Origin: Candidatus Latescibacterota bacterium
GTDB lineage: Bacteria > Latescibacterota > UBA2968 > UBA8231
Direction: 5' to 3'
Assembly: GCA_965203175.1 (NCBI GenBank)
Contig: OZ241867.1
Location: 1,056,001-1,120,000 of the forward strand
Length of the DNA stretch: 64,000 nt
Shown here: positions 26,307 through 37,195 of the stretch, piece after piece
Position numbering within the stretch: the first letter of the stretch is position 1
Layout of the letters: the number at the start of each line of letters is the position of its first letter
Notes under the pieces: generated by a model
Told to the model about the DNA's origin: nothing
The model's input: only the letters and a program-made list of their open reading frames with translations
Database searches by the model: none
Program-made: the position numbers and the translations under genes

Positions 26307-28124
26307 ATGTTCGCTATACTCGCCAAGCTTCGCCGATCCGCTCTCTGCGCCTTTCTACTCCAATCTAGCTTTGGTGCCGTAAATGCCGACCGAGTCTTCG
26401 GCACAGACGCGGCAATCGTCGCCAACACCCCGGTACTCAGGATCTGCGAAATCCAAGGGGCTGGCCACACCTCGCCGCACAAGGACGAGCAGGTCTCGAC
26501 GCGGGGCATTGTAACGGCTGTGGCTCGCAATGGCTTCTATTTTCAAGACCCAACCGGAGACGGCGATGAACGCACATCCGACGGGATGTTCGTCTATACC
26601 AAAAAGGCCCCGAGAGTCTCCGCTGGCGACGAGGTACAGGTGACCGGCACCGTGATCGAATACATTCCCGGCGGCGCGGCCACCAACAATCTGTCGACAA
26701 CCGTGTTCTCCCAGCCCAACCGCATTCAGACCGTGTCAACCGGCAACCCCACACCAGCTCCAGTGGTCCTTGGCGCGGCCGGCCGCCAGCCGCCGACAAG
26801 GGTCATCGACGATGACCACTTCGCAGTTTTCGACCCGGCCGAGGACGGCATTGACTTTTACGAGTCGCTAGAAGGAATGCTGGTGGAGGTGCCAGACGCG
26901 GTCGCCATTAGTCCGACCAACCGCTTTGGCGAAATTGTCGTCCTCGCCGATGCTGGGGCCGGGCAGCGGCTCAATTCGCGGGGCGGGTTGAATCTAACGC
27001 CGCATACCCTGCATCCGCAGCGCATCCAGATCGACGACAGCCTGCTATCCGGCGACATGCCGGCCGCGCAGGTCGGCGATGCCCTCGGCAATGTTCGCGG
27101 CCCAGTTAGCTACCGCTTTGGCAACTTTGAGGTGCTAGTTTTGACCGAGCCGGTGGTCGAGAGCGCCGGCTTGGAGCCGGAAACGACCGCCCTCGTCGGC
27201 ACGGGCCAGCATCTGACGGTGGGCAGTTTCAACGTGTTCAACCTCGACCCCAATGACGACGACAAAAGTGCTGACCTAGCGGACGGTCAATTCGCGGCCA
27301 TTGCCGACCAAATCGTCCATCGCCTAGGCGCACCAGATGTGCTGGCTTTGCAGGAAATGCAGGACAACAGCGGCGCGGCCAACGACGGCACCACTTCAGC
27401 GGACCAAACGGCGCAAACGCTCATGGCCGCCATTGCTGCGGCCGGTGGCCCGAAGTATGCGTACGCGGACGTCGCGCCCCCAGATGGGGCCGACGGCGGC
27501 CAGCCGGGCGGCAATATCCGCGTTGCGTACCTCTACCAGCCCGCTCGGGTGGCCCTGATTGGTTCGGTAGAGCGCATTGAAGACGACGCCTTCCGCCACA
27601 GCCGCAAACCGCTCAAGGCCGCGTTCGATTTCAAGGGAACCAAGCTGACGGTGATCAACTGCCACTTCTCGTCCAAGTATGGCAGCCCACCCCTCTTCGG
27701 TCGAATCCAGCCGCCGACCAATGGCGGGCTCGCCCAGCGCCTCGCGCAGGCCGCGTTCATCCACGGCTTCGTCGCCGAGCTGCTAGCCGCCGATCCCAAC
27801 GCCAACATCGTCGTGCTCGGGGATTTAAACGAAAGCCCGTTTCCGCTCGCCCCAGTGCAACCACCGCCGGGCGACGTCCTGCAAACGCTCGCCGGCACGC
27901 CGCCGATCCTCTTCAATCTCAGCGACGCGGTGGATGGGGATTTGACCTATTCCTATAATTTTCAGGGCATTTCCCAGCAACTCGACTACCTGCTGGTCAG
28001 CTCGGCCCTGCTCGCGCTCCAGCCCGAGTTCGACCCTGTCCACGTCAACACCGAGTTCCCCAACCAAGCCAGCGACCACGACCCCATCCTCGCGCGGTTG
28101 CTGCTTTATGATCGCCCAGACTAG
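26307..28124 (+). CDS. Exported endonuclease/exonuclease/phosphatase-family nuclease with OB-fold (ExeM/NucH-like)
   Basis: ICEIQG, GFYFQD, YESLEGM, SFNVFN, LQE, GDLN, LDY, SDHDP. Confidence 0.85.
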   Translation: MFAILAKLRRSALCAFLLQSSFGAVNADRVFGTDAAIVANTPVLRICEIQGAGHTSPHKDEQVSTRGIVTAVARNGFYFQDPTGDGDERTSDGMFVYTKKAPRVSAGDEVQVTGTVIEYIPGGAATNNLSTTVFSQPNRIQTVSTGNPTPAPVVLGAAGRQPPTRVIDDDHFAVFDPAEDGIDFYESLEGMLVEVPDAVAISPTNRFGEIVVLADAGAGQRLNSRGGLNLTPHTLHPQRIQIDDSLLSGDMPAAQVGDALGNVRGPVSYRFGNFEVLVLTEPVVESAGLEPETTALVGTGQHLTVGSFNVFNLDPNDDDKSADLADGQFAAIADQIVHRLGAPDVLALQEMQDNSGAANDGTTSADQTAQTLMAAIAAAGGPKYAYADVAPPDGADGGQPGGNIRVAYLYQPARVALIGSVERIEDDAFRHSRKPLKAAFDFKGTKLTVINCHFSSKYGSPPLFGRIQPPTNGGLAQRLAQAAFIHGFVAELLAADPNANIVVLGDLNESPFPLAPVQPPPGDVLQTLAGTPPILFNLSDAVDGDLTYSYNFQGISQQLDYLLVSSALLALQPEFDPVHVNTEFPNQASDHDPILARLLLYDRPD

Positions 28125-28492
28125 GAACCCCGCCTTCCACTCCTCCGCATATTGCCTGCCCCACGCTGGCCGCCTCGGGATGAGTAAAAACTACTGCGCT
28201 GCTGGTCAAAGCGGTCGCCGCCCTTGCCCGACCCGCGCCCGGTCTTATCCTTGCGCTCGTGCGCCTCGCTCAGATGCAGCTTCTGCCCCTCAAATTCCTT
28301 GTCGTTGAGATGGGCAATGGCCTCTTCGCCCTCGTGCCGAGTAGCCATCTCCACGTAGCCGAAGCCACGCGAGGCACCGCTCTTCTTGTCTCGGGCGATG
28401 GTGGCCGCCACAACTTTTCCGTACGGTTGAAAGAGCTGGACCAGCGCCTCCTTTTTGGTCGTCTTCGCCAAATTACCTACGTATATGTTCAC
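28121..28492 (-). CDS. RRM-domain RNA-binding protein with Gly/Arg-rich tail
   Basis: RNP2 IYVGNL and RNP1 RGFGYVEM; AAGGAG RBS. Confidence 0.9.
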   Translation of the reverse strand: MNIYVGNLAKTTKKEALVQLFQPYGKVVAATIARDKKSGASRGFGYVEMATRHEGEEAIAHLNDKEFEGQKLHLSEAHERKDKTGRGSGKGGDRFDQQRSSFYSSRGGQRGAGNMRRSGRRGS

Positions 28493-28686
28493 AGTGTACT
28501 CCTTTCGCTGGCGCGGATTGTTTTCTTTCGCGCGTCTTGTCGTTCATCCCTCCGATTTGGACGCCGGTAACGCTTGGATATCCTCATCGAGTCTCGCAAG
28601 TCGGTTGATTTTCCGCAAATCGGGCCACCCACACCATAACCACGTGATCGTAGAGCACCGCTCTCTAATGGCGTCGGTTTTCCCGG

Positions 28687-30087
28687 CTAGCGCTGCATCC
28701 GCGTCTTTCCGTACCAATCCATCATCCTCTCCACCATCTCTCCCCGCGCTCCCGCATGGGCCGGATCGTCGTACAGGTTGTACAGCTCGTCCGGGTCCTC
28801 TTCTAAATGATACAACTCCCCGTAGGGTTCCCCGGGGTAAAAAACCAATTTCCACGCCTCGGTTCGCGCCATGATGCGCGGGCCGTACTCGGAAAACACA
28901 GTCTCGTGCAATGCGACCTCTTCTCCGCGCAGCAGTGCCCCCAAAGAAAGTCCCGCCGCCCCAACCAACGGCCCCAATCCCGCCATTTCTAACAGGGTCG
29001 GGCCTAGGTCAATCAACTCGACTAACGGATCGCGCACCCCCAGCCGCTCGACTCCAGGGCCGGCAAAAACCAGCGGCACCCGCGCCACTGAGTCGTAGTG
29101 GGACGAGAACTTATAGACTTGGTGATGGTCGCCGAGGCAGTCGCCGTGATCCGAGGTAAACACAAAAACCGTGTTGTCCAGCTCGCCTCGCTCGTCCATG
29201 GCCGCGACCATTGCGCCGACCCAATCGTCAATGGCCGTGATGTTGGCGTAGTAGTGCCGACGCATGCGGCGAATGCGGTCTGGGGTCGCTCGGCTCCACC
29301 AGATCGCGGCGGGCGCGCGTTTGCCGTCCATGCCCTCCATGGCTTGGCGCTGTGGCGGCGGCTTGGTATCCAGTTCGTTGGGGATCCCCACGGGGTCGGG
29401 AATGTCCACGCCCTCGTAGCGCGCCAGCGCGGACGCGGGCGCGTCAAAGGGGTCGTGCGGGCCAGCGAAGCCGCTCCACAGGAAGAGCGGCACGGCAAAG
29501 TCGTGCGTGCGAATGGCCTCCACGCTCCAGCGCCCAACGCAGTTGTCGATAAACAAGTCTTCGTCGTGTGGCCACACGGCCGCGCCCAAGTAATCCGGCC
29601 AATTGGGCACGTCGCGGTAGTAAGTCAGCGCCGGTCGCCTAAGCCCGAACTGCATCAGGTACAAGTCGTAGTCGTCCGGGGCGGGGCCGTGATGGCCCTG
29701 CCGATAGTTCTTGTTTTCGACGACCGTGCGGTGGCGGAAACCGCACGGCAGGCGGATGGGCGCGGTGTGCATCTTGCCGATGTTGACCGTGTGGTAGCCG
29801 CCGTCCCTGAGCTGCTCAATCCAATTGGGCTGTTCGGGCGTCAGCCACGCCTCGTTGCGGTCAATGCCGTGGGTGTGGACGTATTGGCCCGAGACGATGC
29901 TGTTGCGCGACGGGCCGCAGACGGCTCCTTGCACAAAGGCGCGACTGAACGCCACGCCACGGGCGGCCAGCCGGTCAATGTGCGGGGTGATGACGTGATC
30001 GTAGCCCAAGCAGCCGAGCGTGTCCCAGCGCTGCTGGTCGGTGACGATCAGGACGATATTGGGCGCGCTATTCTCTGTCTTGCTCAT
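28687..30087 (-). CDS. Sulfatase (formylglycine-dependent)
   Basis: PNIVLIVTDQQR, CGPSR, GKMH, SDHGD, ELYHL-EDP-E. Confidence 0.9.
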   Translation of the reverse strand: MSKTENSAPNIVLIVTDQQRWDTLGCLGYDHVITPHIDRLAARGVAFSRAFVQGAVCGPSRNSIVSGQYVHTHGIDRNEAWLTPEQPNWIEQLRDGGYHTVNIGKMHTAPIRLPCGFRHRTVVENKNYRQGHHGPAPDDYDLYLMQFGLRRPALTYYRDVPNWPDYLGAAVWPHDEDLFIDNCVGRWSVEAIRTHDFAVPLFLWSGFAGPHDPFDAPASALARYEGVDIPDPVGIPNELDTKPPPQRQAMEGMDGKRAPAAIWWSRATPDRIRRMRRHYYANITAIDDWVGAMVAAMDERGELDNTVFVFTSDHGDCLGDHHQVYKFSSHYDSVARVPLVFAGPGVERLGVRDPLVELIDLGPTLLEMAGLGPLVGAAGLSLGALLRGEEVALHETVFSEYGPRIMARTEAWKLVFYPGEPYGELYHLEEDPDELYNLYDDPAHAGARGEMVERMMDWYGKTRMQR

Positions 30088-30889
30088 GCTTCTCGACGGC
30101 CTTTTCCAATTCGGGTAGCAGTACGTTTTTGACCCAACTAAAATCTGGATTGATTGCAAGCGCCTTTGCAAAGGCTGCTCGCGCCAGCGCTAGCTCGCCT
30201 CGATCTTGGTAAGCAAGGCCGAGCCAAGCGTAAGTGCGGCTGTGTCCCCATACAGGATGGATGGGATCGGTCGGCTCTTCTCGGGCGAAGAGTTCGGCGG
30301 CGCGCTGGAATCCTTGCAGGCCCTTCTCCTTGCTGCCACCAAACATTCCTGGGGTGTTAAAGTCGCGGATGGCCGTGCACAGCACGACGCGCGGATTGTC
30401 GGGTGCAAGTTGTACCGCTTTTTTCAGAGCCTTCTGTGCCCTGCGCCCCAAGGCCATGCCCTTGATCGGGTTGAGGCCGATCTGTCGTCCGTACGCGCTC
30501 GATAGCAGAGCATAGGCTTCGGCCGCTTGCGGGTCGATCTCAGTAGCCTTTTGCAAATGCTCGACAGTGGTTTTGAGGTGCTCGGAAGCCGCGCTTTTGT
30601 TTTCCTCGCCCGCGGCTAACAGGTAATCGGCGATGCGGTAATCGGCCAAGGCAATGTAGTAGTGGCCCCACGCGGCCAAGGCGGTGTCGGCCAAGGCGCG
30701 CTCAAACGCAGCCCTAGCCGCGAACATCGCGTCGAGGGAACCTCCGTTTTTACCGACTCGCAGCATCTGTTTGCCGCTGACGAGCAGGCTTTCGGCGGAG
30801 CTTCCCGTCGCCAGCATTGGCGACGCTTGTGCGAATGCAGGAGCGGCGAGCGAAAAGGCGAAAGCGAGCGCAGGCAAAAAGCGCGACAT
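30068..30889 (-). CDS. Exported TPR protein
   Basis: Signal peptide; TPR helices (A-EIDP, LAPDNPR, ALAINP); PGMFGG. Confidence 0.75.
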   Translation of the reverse strand: MSRFLPALAFAFSLAAPAFAQASPMLATGSSAESLLVSGKQMLRVGKNGGSLDAMFAARAAFERALADTALAAWGHYYIALADYRIADYLLAAGEENKSAASEHLKTTVEHLQKATEIDPQAAEAYALLSSAYGRQIGLNPIKGMALGRRAQKALKKAVQLAPDNPRVVLCTAIRDFNTPGMFGGSKEKGLQGFQRAAELFAREEPTDPIHPVWGHSRTYAWLGLAYQDRGELALARAAFAKALAINPDFSWVKNVLLPELEKAVEKHEQDRE

Positions 30890-30999
30890 ACGTATCCTTC
30901 CGCCGACAGCACAGTCGGTGTTTTTAAGCAAAACTGCATGTCCCATCGGGACCACATCTCGCCGCCATCAATATTTGGAAAGTGATATCGAATTTCCCT

Positions 31000-32130
31000 T
31001 TATTCAAAGAACTGAAGTTCTCCATCCTTGACGACCATTATAATTTGGTCATACAGTGCATCTCCGTTAGGATCGAAAGAGAACGCGCCTGACTTGCCCA
31101 AAATTGTGGGAAAATCCGTCTGTGCGAGTGCGTCCCGAATGGCGGTCGGATGTGTCGATTGTGCTGTCTTAATTGCATTGGCGAGCACATAGAGGGTTGC
31201 ATACGACTGTGCCGCCCACGGTTCAGGTTCAATACCGTATTTCGCCCGATAGTTCCGAACGAAGGTTTGGTTTCCGGGGGCATCAGATATACTCGACCAT
31301 CCGATAAAACCTATTGTTCCTTCGGCACCATCACCCGCCTTTTCGACTTCATCCATGGTTAAATCCGGAGCAATAATCTGAATCGTGTAGGGGAAACCGA
31401 CCTCGGGTGTTTGGGCGAGAATCCCTGCTATTTCTTGTGAAAGCGCGGAGATAAAGAGTGCGTCCGGCACCATCGCCATTATATTGGTTAATTGCTGAGA
31501 AAAATCGGTATCGCCGGTGTGGAAGGTTTCCTCTATCAGAATCTCGACCCCGTTTGCCTCAAGCACTGTTCTTAGCATTTCGTTGCTACTTTTGGCGTAG
31601 ACATCAATCTCATCATATATCGTTGCCACTTTTTTATAGCCGAGTTTCTCCTGAGTCTCCATCACACCACTGGGAACGCTTATATTCACGGCGAGACTGG
31701 TGCGGAAGATAAAATCCCCGATCCCGCTCAAACCTGCAGCGGAGGAGACCGAACTGAAAGCTATGACCTTATTCTCCTGCGCAATTGGAGCAGCCTCTTT
31801 AAGATGCGTCGAGATAGCAAGCCCGACTATGGCAGAAACGCCTTGGTCTACCAAGTGCCGTACAGCTTCTTTCGCCCCGTCCACACTGCTCCGATCGTCC
31901 ACAGTGATAAACGTGAGATTTACATCGCCGCGGTTGTTAATTTCTTCTCGTGCCAATTCAAACCCCCGTTGCATAGGGAAACCATACGGTTCGGCATGTT
32001 TCCCTGTCAGTGCCACGACAACACCGATGGGGACGTGTCCATTTATCATCGGCGTGTCTTCGCCACAACTGGCGAGACAAAGCACGAGCAGGGCACAGGC
32101 GAGGAAGTCTATTCGTTTGCGTTTTTGCAT
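31000..32130 (-). CDS. Branched-chain amino-acid ABC-type substrate-binding lipoprotein (LivJ/LivK-like)
   Basis: Lipobox LASC; IGVVVALTG, GFELAREEIN, FRTS, TDFS-QL, FSFD. Confidence 0.85.
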   Translation of the reverse strand: MQKRKRIDFLACALLVLCLASCGEDTPMINGHVPIGVVVALTGKHAEPYGFPMQRGFELAREEINNRGDVNLTFITVDDRSSVDGAKEAVRHLVDQGVSAIVGLAISTHLKEAAPIAQENKVIAFSSVSSAAGLSGIGDFIFRTSLAVNISVPSGVMETQEKLGYKKVATIYDEIDVYAKSSNEMLRTVLEANGVEILIEETFHTGDTDFSQQLTNIMAMVPDALFISALSQEIAGILAQTPEVGFPYTIQIIAPDLTMDEVEKAGDGAEGTIGFIGWSSISDAPGNQTFVRNYRAKYGIEPEPWAAQSYATLYVLANAIKTAQSTHPTAIRDALAQTDFPTILGKSGAFSFDPNGDALYDQIIMVVKDGELQFFE

Positions 32131-32134
32131 TAGG

Positions 32135-33406
32135 CTAATTCTCCCCCGTCATGTCTAAACAGACCATTTCCTTCTTATTTCGCGCATAGAGTCTGCCGTT
32201 GGCAAGCGTCGGCACCGTCCAACACAATCCGCTCAGCACCTCTGCGCTCGCTATTTCACGATAAGCTTTGGGTGTCGCCTCGACTAACCCCAACTTGCCG
32301 CGGTCACTGAGAATAATCAGATGGTCTTCTGCAAGCATGAGCGTGCCTTCACCGAATCCGCGAGTTTTCCATTTTTCGGTGCCGGTATTTGCATCAATAC
32401 ATTTCAAAATAGCATTGTGAAAGCCGTAAAGGTGATTGCCATGCAAAACCGGAGTGGACAACCGATTCTGAAATTTTTTATTCCTCCAAACCTCCTCAAT
32501 CTCTATCTGGTTTTTCTCTCCTCCATTGTTCAGGGCACTATATTCAGGAGAATTCATTACTTTGACCTGTACGACTGCCGCTCCACTTCCGTACCCTGAT
32601 GAGATGTAAATCTTGTCCGGCGCAATGAAAATGGGAGTAGCGGCGTGAACATCAAACCGTCCTGTTCGCCACGGATAGCTCCAGAGCACCTCTCCATTGT
32701 CGATTGATACAGAGAGCAGCCGAAGACCTGCGAAGACAATGAGTTGTCGTATCCCGCCAATTGTAACACCAATAGGCGAAGCATATCCAAGTTTGTCTGT
32801 ATGGGAACTCCAGAGGACATCACCATTCGTCTTATCAAAAGCCACGATAAACTTTCCATTGTTGCCACCGACCTCAACGAGCAACAGATTGCCTTCCACC
32901 AACGGCGAAGAACTGAACCCCCACTTAGGCATATAGCTTCCGAAGTCTTTGATCAAATCGTAAGACCAGACCTTCTCTCCATTCACACTACTGAGTGCGT
33001 AAAATCTACCCTGTGCGGACACCGTGAAGAGGAACTCCCCATCGATTGTCGGTGTTGCACGTGGGCCATTACCTCCCTCGTACTCATAGTATGTGCTGTC
33101 CGATCGAAACCGCCACATCTCTTCCCCGTTCGAGGCATCAAGACAAATGACAAACTCATCATTTCCTTCCGAGAACATCGTATAGACACGTCCGCGAGCG
33201 ACGGAAATTCCGGAAAAACCCTCGCCGAGCGGCACTCTCCAGAGGACTTGAGGGCCGTCGTCAGGCCATTCTTTTAGAAGTCCCGTCTGCCGAGAGATTC
33301 CGTCCCTATTGGGCCCTCTCCACTGCGGCCAATCCGAAGCACCGGCGACTGACACGCCGCCAGAAAGCAGCAAACCTATGATTAAAAACTCTGCAATTCT
33401 TTTCAT
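32135..33406 (-). CDS. PQQ-binding-like beta-propeller repeat protein
   Basis: DWPQWRGPNRDG, GPRATP, GFSSSP, WTVPTLANGRLYARN. Confidence 0.85.
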   Translation of the reverse strand: MKRIAEFLIIGLLLSGGVSVAGASDWPQWRGPNRDGISRQTGLLKEWPDDGPQVLWRVPLGEGFSGISVARGRVYTMFSEGNDEFVICLDASNGEEMWRFRSDSTYYEYEGGNGPRATPTIDGEFLFTVSAQGRFYALSSVNGEKVWSYDLIKDFGSYMPKWGFSSSPLVEGNLLLVEVGGNNGKFIVAFDKTNGDVLWSSHTDKLGYASPIGVTIGGIRQLIVFAGLRLLSVSIDNGEVLWSYPWRTGRFDVHAATPIFIAPDKIYISSGYGSGAAVVQVKVMNSPEYSALNNGGEKNQIEIEEVWRNKKFQNRLSTPVLHGNHLYGFHNAILKCIDANTGTEKWKTRGFGEGTLMLAEDHLIILSDRGKLGLVEATPKAYREIASAEVLSGLCWTVPTLANGRLYARNKKEMVCLDMTGEN

Positions 33407-33461
33407 GAGCAATCCCGTCTATTTCAACATGCCAGAACGTCTCACCCATCAGTGCGTTTGT

Positions 33462-33782
33462 TCAGTTTTCTTCGGCCTTAGCCGCCCCACAACTCCAACA
33501 GTCCGTAAACGCCCCCGGGCACTCCTCTCCACACGCGGCGCAGGCCCACGGTGCTTCGTCTTTTGCAGCCGTTGCAAACAGAGTGTCGATGTGCAACTTC
33601 GCGGCCGCGGCCTGTTTATCGTCCAGGACCCACAACTCCGGCCAGCACTCAATCGGGGGCAATTCGCCCACGCCGCCGAGCAGATGCTGACCGCGCAAAA
33701 CGCATTCAATGCCCTGTGCAGCTAGCGAGTTTTTGAGGTGGCTAAGCATGGCCAAGTCCTGTGTAGTGTACACGCGTTCCAT
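33462..33782 (-). CDS. DUF2007 (putative signal-transducing) protein with C-terminal zinc ribbon
   Basis: GELPPIECWPELWV; WxCxxC...F-DCWSC. Confidence 0.75.
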   Translation of the reverse strand: MERVYTTQDLAMLSHLKNSLAAQGIECVLRGQHLLGGVGELPPIECWPELWVLDDKQAAAAKLHIDTLFATAAKDEAPWACAACGEECPGAFTDCWSCGAAKAEEN

Positions 33783-33803
33783 TGTCTGTCTCCTCCTTCG
33801 GCG

Positions 33804-36782
33804 TTACGCGTCAGCCGCAACCCGCTCCCGCAAAGCCGGCAGCAACCGCGCCACTTCATCCTCCAGCAACACTAGGGCTTCCTCCGCGTCGGCAAACGCT
33901 TCCTCGCGCCCGATTTTCTCCAACCGATGCGCGGCCTCGGCCGCCTCCTCTGCTCCGAAAACGTGCGCCGACCCTTTGAGCGTATGCGCGGCCCGCCGCA
34001 ATTCAGTACCGTCCTCGCTGGCGATGTGCTCGCGGATCTGCTGCATCAGCTTGGGACACTCTGCAAAAAACATCTCCGCAAGCTCGCGCAGCATGGCCTC
34101 GTCGCCGCCGACGTTTTCGAGCGCAGCATCCCACTCAAAAGGCACATCGGTTCGGCTGAGCTCACCGTCGAAGCCCACAGGCGCGGGCAGTCCGTCCTCA
34201 TCATTGGGGCCGCCACCCTCCACGGCCGCGTACAGCTCGTGCGGACGCACGGGCTTGGCCACATAACCGTCCATGCCCGCCGCCAAGAACCGGTCGCGGT
34301 CGCCTTTCATGGCGTGGGCAGTCATGGCAATGATCGGAACGTGTCCGCCGGTCTGTGCCTCTGCACGGCGAATGGCCGCCGTCGCCTCTAGGCCGTCCAT
34401 CTCCGGCATTTGCACGTCCATCAGCACCACGTCAAAGGACGGCTCGGCTGAGCTCGCCGAAGCCTGCGCGGCCACTTGCTCCACGGCCGCGCGGCCATTG
34501 TTCACTACCACTACCGAGTGACCGCGCTCCTCCAACAGCCGCACGGCCACCTGCTGGTTGATCGCCCCATCCTCGGCCAAGAGGACGCGGCGTGCTGTTC
34601 GGCCCCAACTCTCGACCGCCACCGACTCGTCCGCAGGCGCATCACCGCGCCTTGCCTCCACCGCCGGGGCAGCCTCAAGGGCCGCGCCAATGGCCTCTAG
34701 CAGATCGGACTGCTTGATCGGCTTGATCAGGCTGCGGGCAATGCCCAAGGAGCGCGCGCGCGCGCTGAATCCGGCTCGGTCGGCCGAGGAAAGCAGCAGC
34801 ACCGGCACTTGGGCAAACGCCGCATTCTCGCGGATTATCGCCACCGTTTCTAGGCCGTCCATCTCCGGCATCATCAGATCCATCAGCACGAGGTCGAAGG
34901 GCGACTCGGCTGAGCCTGCCGAAGTCTGTGCCGCGGCCTCCAAAGCTGCTATGGCAGCCGAGCCGCTCTCTACGAGCTCAGCCTCCATCTCCCAGCTTTT
35001 TAGGATCTCTTCGAGGATTCGCCGATTGGTCGCATGGTCGTCAACGACTAAGACCTTTAGCCCCTGTAGCGAGACCAGATCAGCGCGCTTAGTCTCCGGC
35101 GTTCCCAACCCTAAGCGGACCGTGCAGTAAAAGATGCTGCCTTTGCCCTCCTCGCTCTCGACCCAGATGCGGCCCCCCATCAGCTCGACTAACTGCTGCG
35201 AGATGGCTAAACCCAAGCCGCTGCCGCCAAAGCGACGCGAGGTCGATTCATCAACTTGGCTGAAAGAGTCGAATATCCGCGCCTGTTTCTCCGGCGCGAT
35301 GCCGACCCCGGTATCGCGCACCCACAGGCGCAGGCACACGGCATCCGGCAAGGCCTCTTCCACTGCAATGCCAACTTCTACTTCGCCTTCCTCGGTAAAC
35401 TTGACGGCATTGCCCACTAAGTTGATCACCACTTGGCGCAAGCGGCGCGGGTCGCCGACCAAGCGGTCGGGAACATCCGCGGGGATGTGGCACACGAGCT
35501 CTATGTTTTTGCTCGCCGCGTGCATGGCCAGTGTCTGCACGGCATTGCCCACCTCGTCGCGCAGGCCGAACTCAATCTCCTCCAGTGCCAAGCGGCCTGC
35601 TTCGACTCTGGAGAAGTCGAGGATGTCGTTGAGCAGGGACAGCAGGGATTCAGCCGACTGCTGCACCAACGTCAAGTAGTTGCGCTGTTGCGATTCGAGC
35701 TGGGTGCGCCCCAAGAGCTCGGTCATGCCGATGATGCCGTTCATTGGAGTGCGGATTTCGTGGCTCATATTGGCCAAAAACGCGCTCTTAGCCTGGTTGG
35801 CCGCTTCGGCCTGCTCCTTGGCGGCGCGCAGGGCCTCCTGCGACTCTTCAAGTGCCAACAGGGCCTCGTGCTCGGACTGCGCCGTGGCCGCGGTCAGGCG
35901 GTATTGCTCTTGTAGCTGCTCTTCCGAGCGCCGCCTTTTTGCATCGACCCGCGAAAGCGATGCGGCGTTCCACCAAATGAGCAGGGCGAAGGCCAAGATG
36001 TTGAGCAGCGTAAAAAGTGAGAAGCCAAACTCGTAGCCATAGAGGCTCTCGACCTGAATGCGCACCCAGTCGAGTAAGAGGGGAATGACAAAGGCGGCCG
36101 GCAAGAGGCGGCGCGCCACGGAACCGCCCTCTGTAGTGCTGATGATGGTCGCGACTGGCTCGCGGTGCGGACGAGCGCACAGCAGGCCAAAGCAGAGGAT
36201 GAGGAATTCGGTGGCCGTATCGGGGACGACCGGGACGAACCCGGATACTCCGTAGAGCAGCAGCACGTTGTGGAAGTAGCTGCTCATCGACAAGAGCCCA
36301 ATGGCCGTCGTCGCGAGCACGCAGATCTGCGACAGATAGGCGCGGCCCCTCACTTGCACATCCATCAACACTAAGCCCAAGCCTATCAGCAAAAAGGAAA
36401 ATGCCGCATTGGGCGACATCCGCGAGACGCCCAGCTTGAAATAAAAGAGGTACGTATCGACGCCCCGCTCCCAGTTGTATTGGTAGCCGATTAACTTGAG
36501 CACGGCGATCAGCACTACGGTCGCCCCTAACACCACGCCCGCATATCGCCGCCAGCGGCTCAGCGGCTCGGCCTGCAACAACAAAAGCGCCGCGCCGGCC
36601 AAGATAAACTGCATTGCCACGAGCGGATGCGTCGCCACCCAACTGAGGTGCATGAAGCTTTTGAGGTATTCGTCGTCGGCGTTCCAGCCCCACAGCACCA
36701 GCGCGCCCGCGAGCACGGTTGTGGAGGCTGCCAAGCGCGCCAGCCAGCCGGTCCAGCGCAGGAAGCGAGGATCGCCCTCCAT
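33804..36782 (-). CDS. Membrane hybrid histidine kinase with two REC domains and an HPt domain
   Basis: Multiple TM helices; [36 protein letters not shown]; two LMD REC motifs; AHTLKGS. Confidence 0.95.
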   Translation of the reverse strand: MEGDPRFLRWTGWLARLAASTTVLAGALVLWGWNADDEYLKSFMHLSWVATHPLVAMQFILAGAALLLLQAEPLSRWRRYAGVVLGATVVLIAVLKLIGYQYNWERGVDTYLFYFKLGVSRMSPNAAFSFLLIGLGLVLMDVQVRGRAYLSQICVLATTAIGLLSMSSYFHNVLLLYGVSGFVPVVPDTATEFLILCFGLLCARPHREPVATIISTTEGGSVARRLLPAAFVIPLLLDWVRIQVESLYGYEFGFSLFTLLNILAFALLIWWNAASLSRVDAKRRRSEEQLQEQYRLTAATAQSEHEALLALEESQEALRAAKEQAEAANQAKSAFLANMSHEIRTPMNGIIGMTELLGRTQLESQQRNYLTLVQQSAESLLSLLNDILDFSRVEAGRLALEEIEFGLRDEVGNAVQTLAMHAASKNIELVCHIPADVPDRLVGDPRRLRQVVINLVGNAVKFTEEGEVEVGIAVEEALPDAVCLRLWVRDTGVGIAPEKQARIFDSFSQVDESTSRRFGGSGLGLAISQQLVELMGGRIWVESEEGKGSIFYCTVRLGLGTPETKRADLVSLQGLKVLVVDDHATNRRILEEILKSWEMEAELVESGSAAIAALEAAAQTSAGSAESPFDLVLMDLMMPEMDGLETVAIIRENAAFAQVPVLLLSSADRAGFSARARSLGIARSLIKPIKQSDLLEAIGAALEAAPAVEARRGDAPADESVAVESWGRTARRVLLAEDGAINQQVAVRLLEERGHSVVVVNNGRAAVEQVAAQASASSAEPSFDVVLMDVQMPEMDGLEATAAIRRAEAQTGGHVPIIAMTAHAMKGDRDRFLAAGMDGYVAKPVRPHELYAAVEGGGPNDEDGLPAPVGFDGELSRTDVPFEWDAALENVGGDEAMLRELAEMFFAECPKLMQQIREHIASEDGTELRRAAHTLKGSAHVFGAEEAAEAAHRLEKIGREEAFADAEEALVLLEDEVARLLPALRERVAADA
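34149..34175. repeat. In-frame palindromic insertion (27 bp) in the kinase gene
   Basis: GGTTCGGCTGAGCTCACCGTCGAAGCC, encoding GFDGELSRT. Confidence 0.7.
34441..34464. repeat. In-frame palindromic insertion (24 bp) in the second REC domain
   Basis: GGCTCGGCTGAGCTCGCCGAAGCC, encoding ASASSAEP. Confidence 0.8.
34903..34926. repeat. In-frame palindromic insertion (24 bp) in the first REC domain
   Basis: GACTCGGCTGAGCCTGCCGAAGTC, encoding TSAGSAES. Confidence 0.8.
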
Positions 36783-36784
36783 TG

Positions 36785-37153
36785 CTAACCTACGGCCGCC
36801 CGGATAGACCGGGCCAAGCTCTCGCCATCGATCTGCGTTTTGATTAGATAGTCGCAGGCACCAGCCGCTACGGCCTCTTCGGCGAGCACCTCGTCATCAA
36901 GGCCAGTTAGGACCAGTACGGGGACATTGGGGACGGTTGCTTTGACGCGCTCGAAGGTGGCCAACTCTTGGCTGTCGGGCAGTACCAGGTCGAGAAGGAT
37001 CGCGTCGATGCCGCCTTTTTCTAACCGCGCCAAGCCAGCCGCTAAATGATCGACCGCTTCCACGGCAAATTCCGGTTTTAGAAAGCCCTGCAACAGGCGA
37101 GCGTGAATGGGATTGTCCTCGACGAGTAGGACGGATATAGGGGAATCAGCCAT
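36785..37153 (-). CDS. Single-domain response regulator
   Basis: [22 protein letters not shown]. Confidence 0.9.
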   Translation of the reverse strand: MADSPISVLLVEDNPIHARLLQGFLKPEFAVEAVDHLAAGLARLEKGGIDAILLDLVLPDSQELATFERVKATVPNVPVLVLTGLDDEVLAEEAVAAGACDYLIKTQIDGESLARSIRAAVG

Positions 37154-37195
37154 AGCGCGTTATTTATCCATTCGGTGGGGGCCGTAATCAAAGGG

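Noticed and set aside
28490-28590. 32-aa Arg-rich ORF upstream of the RRM gene
   Set aside because: No clear RBS or recognisable family; more likely 5' UTR.
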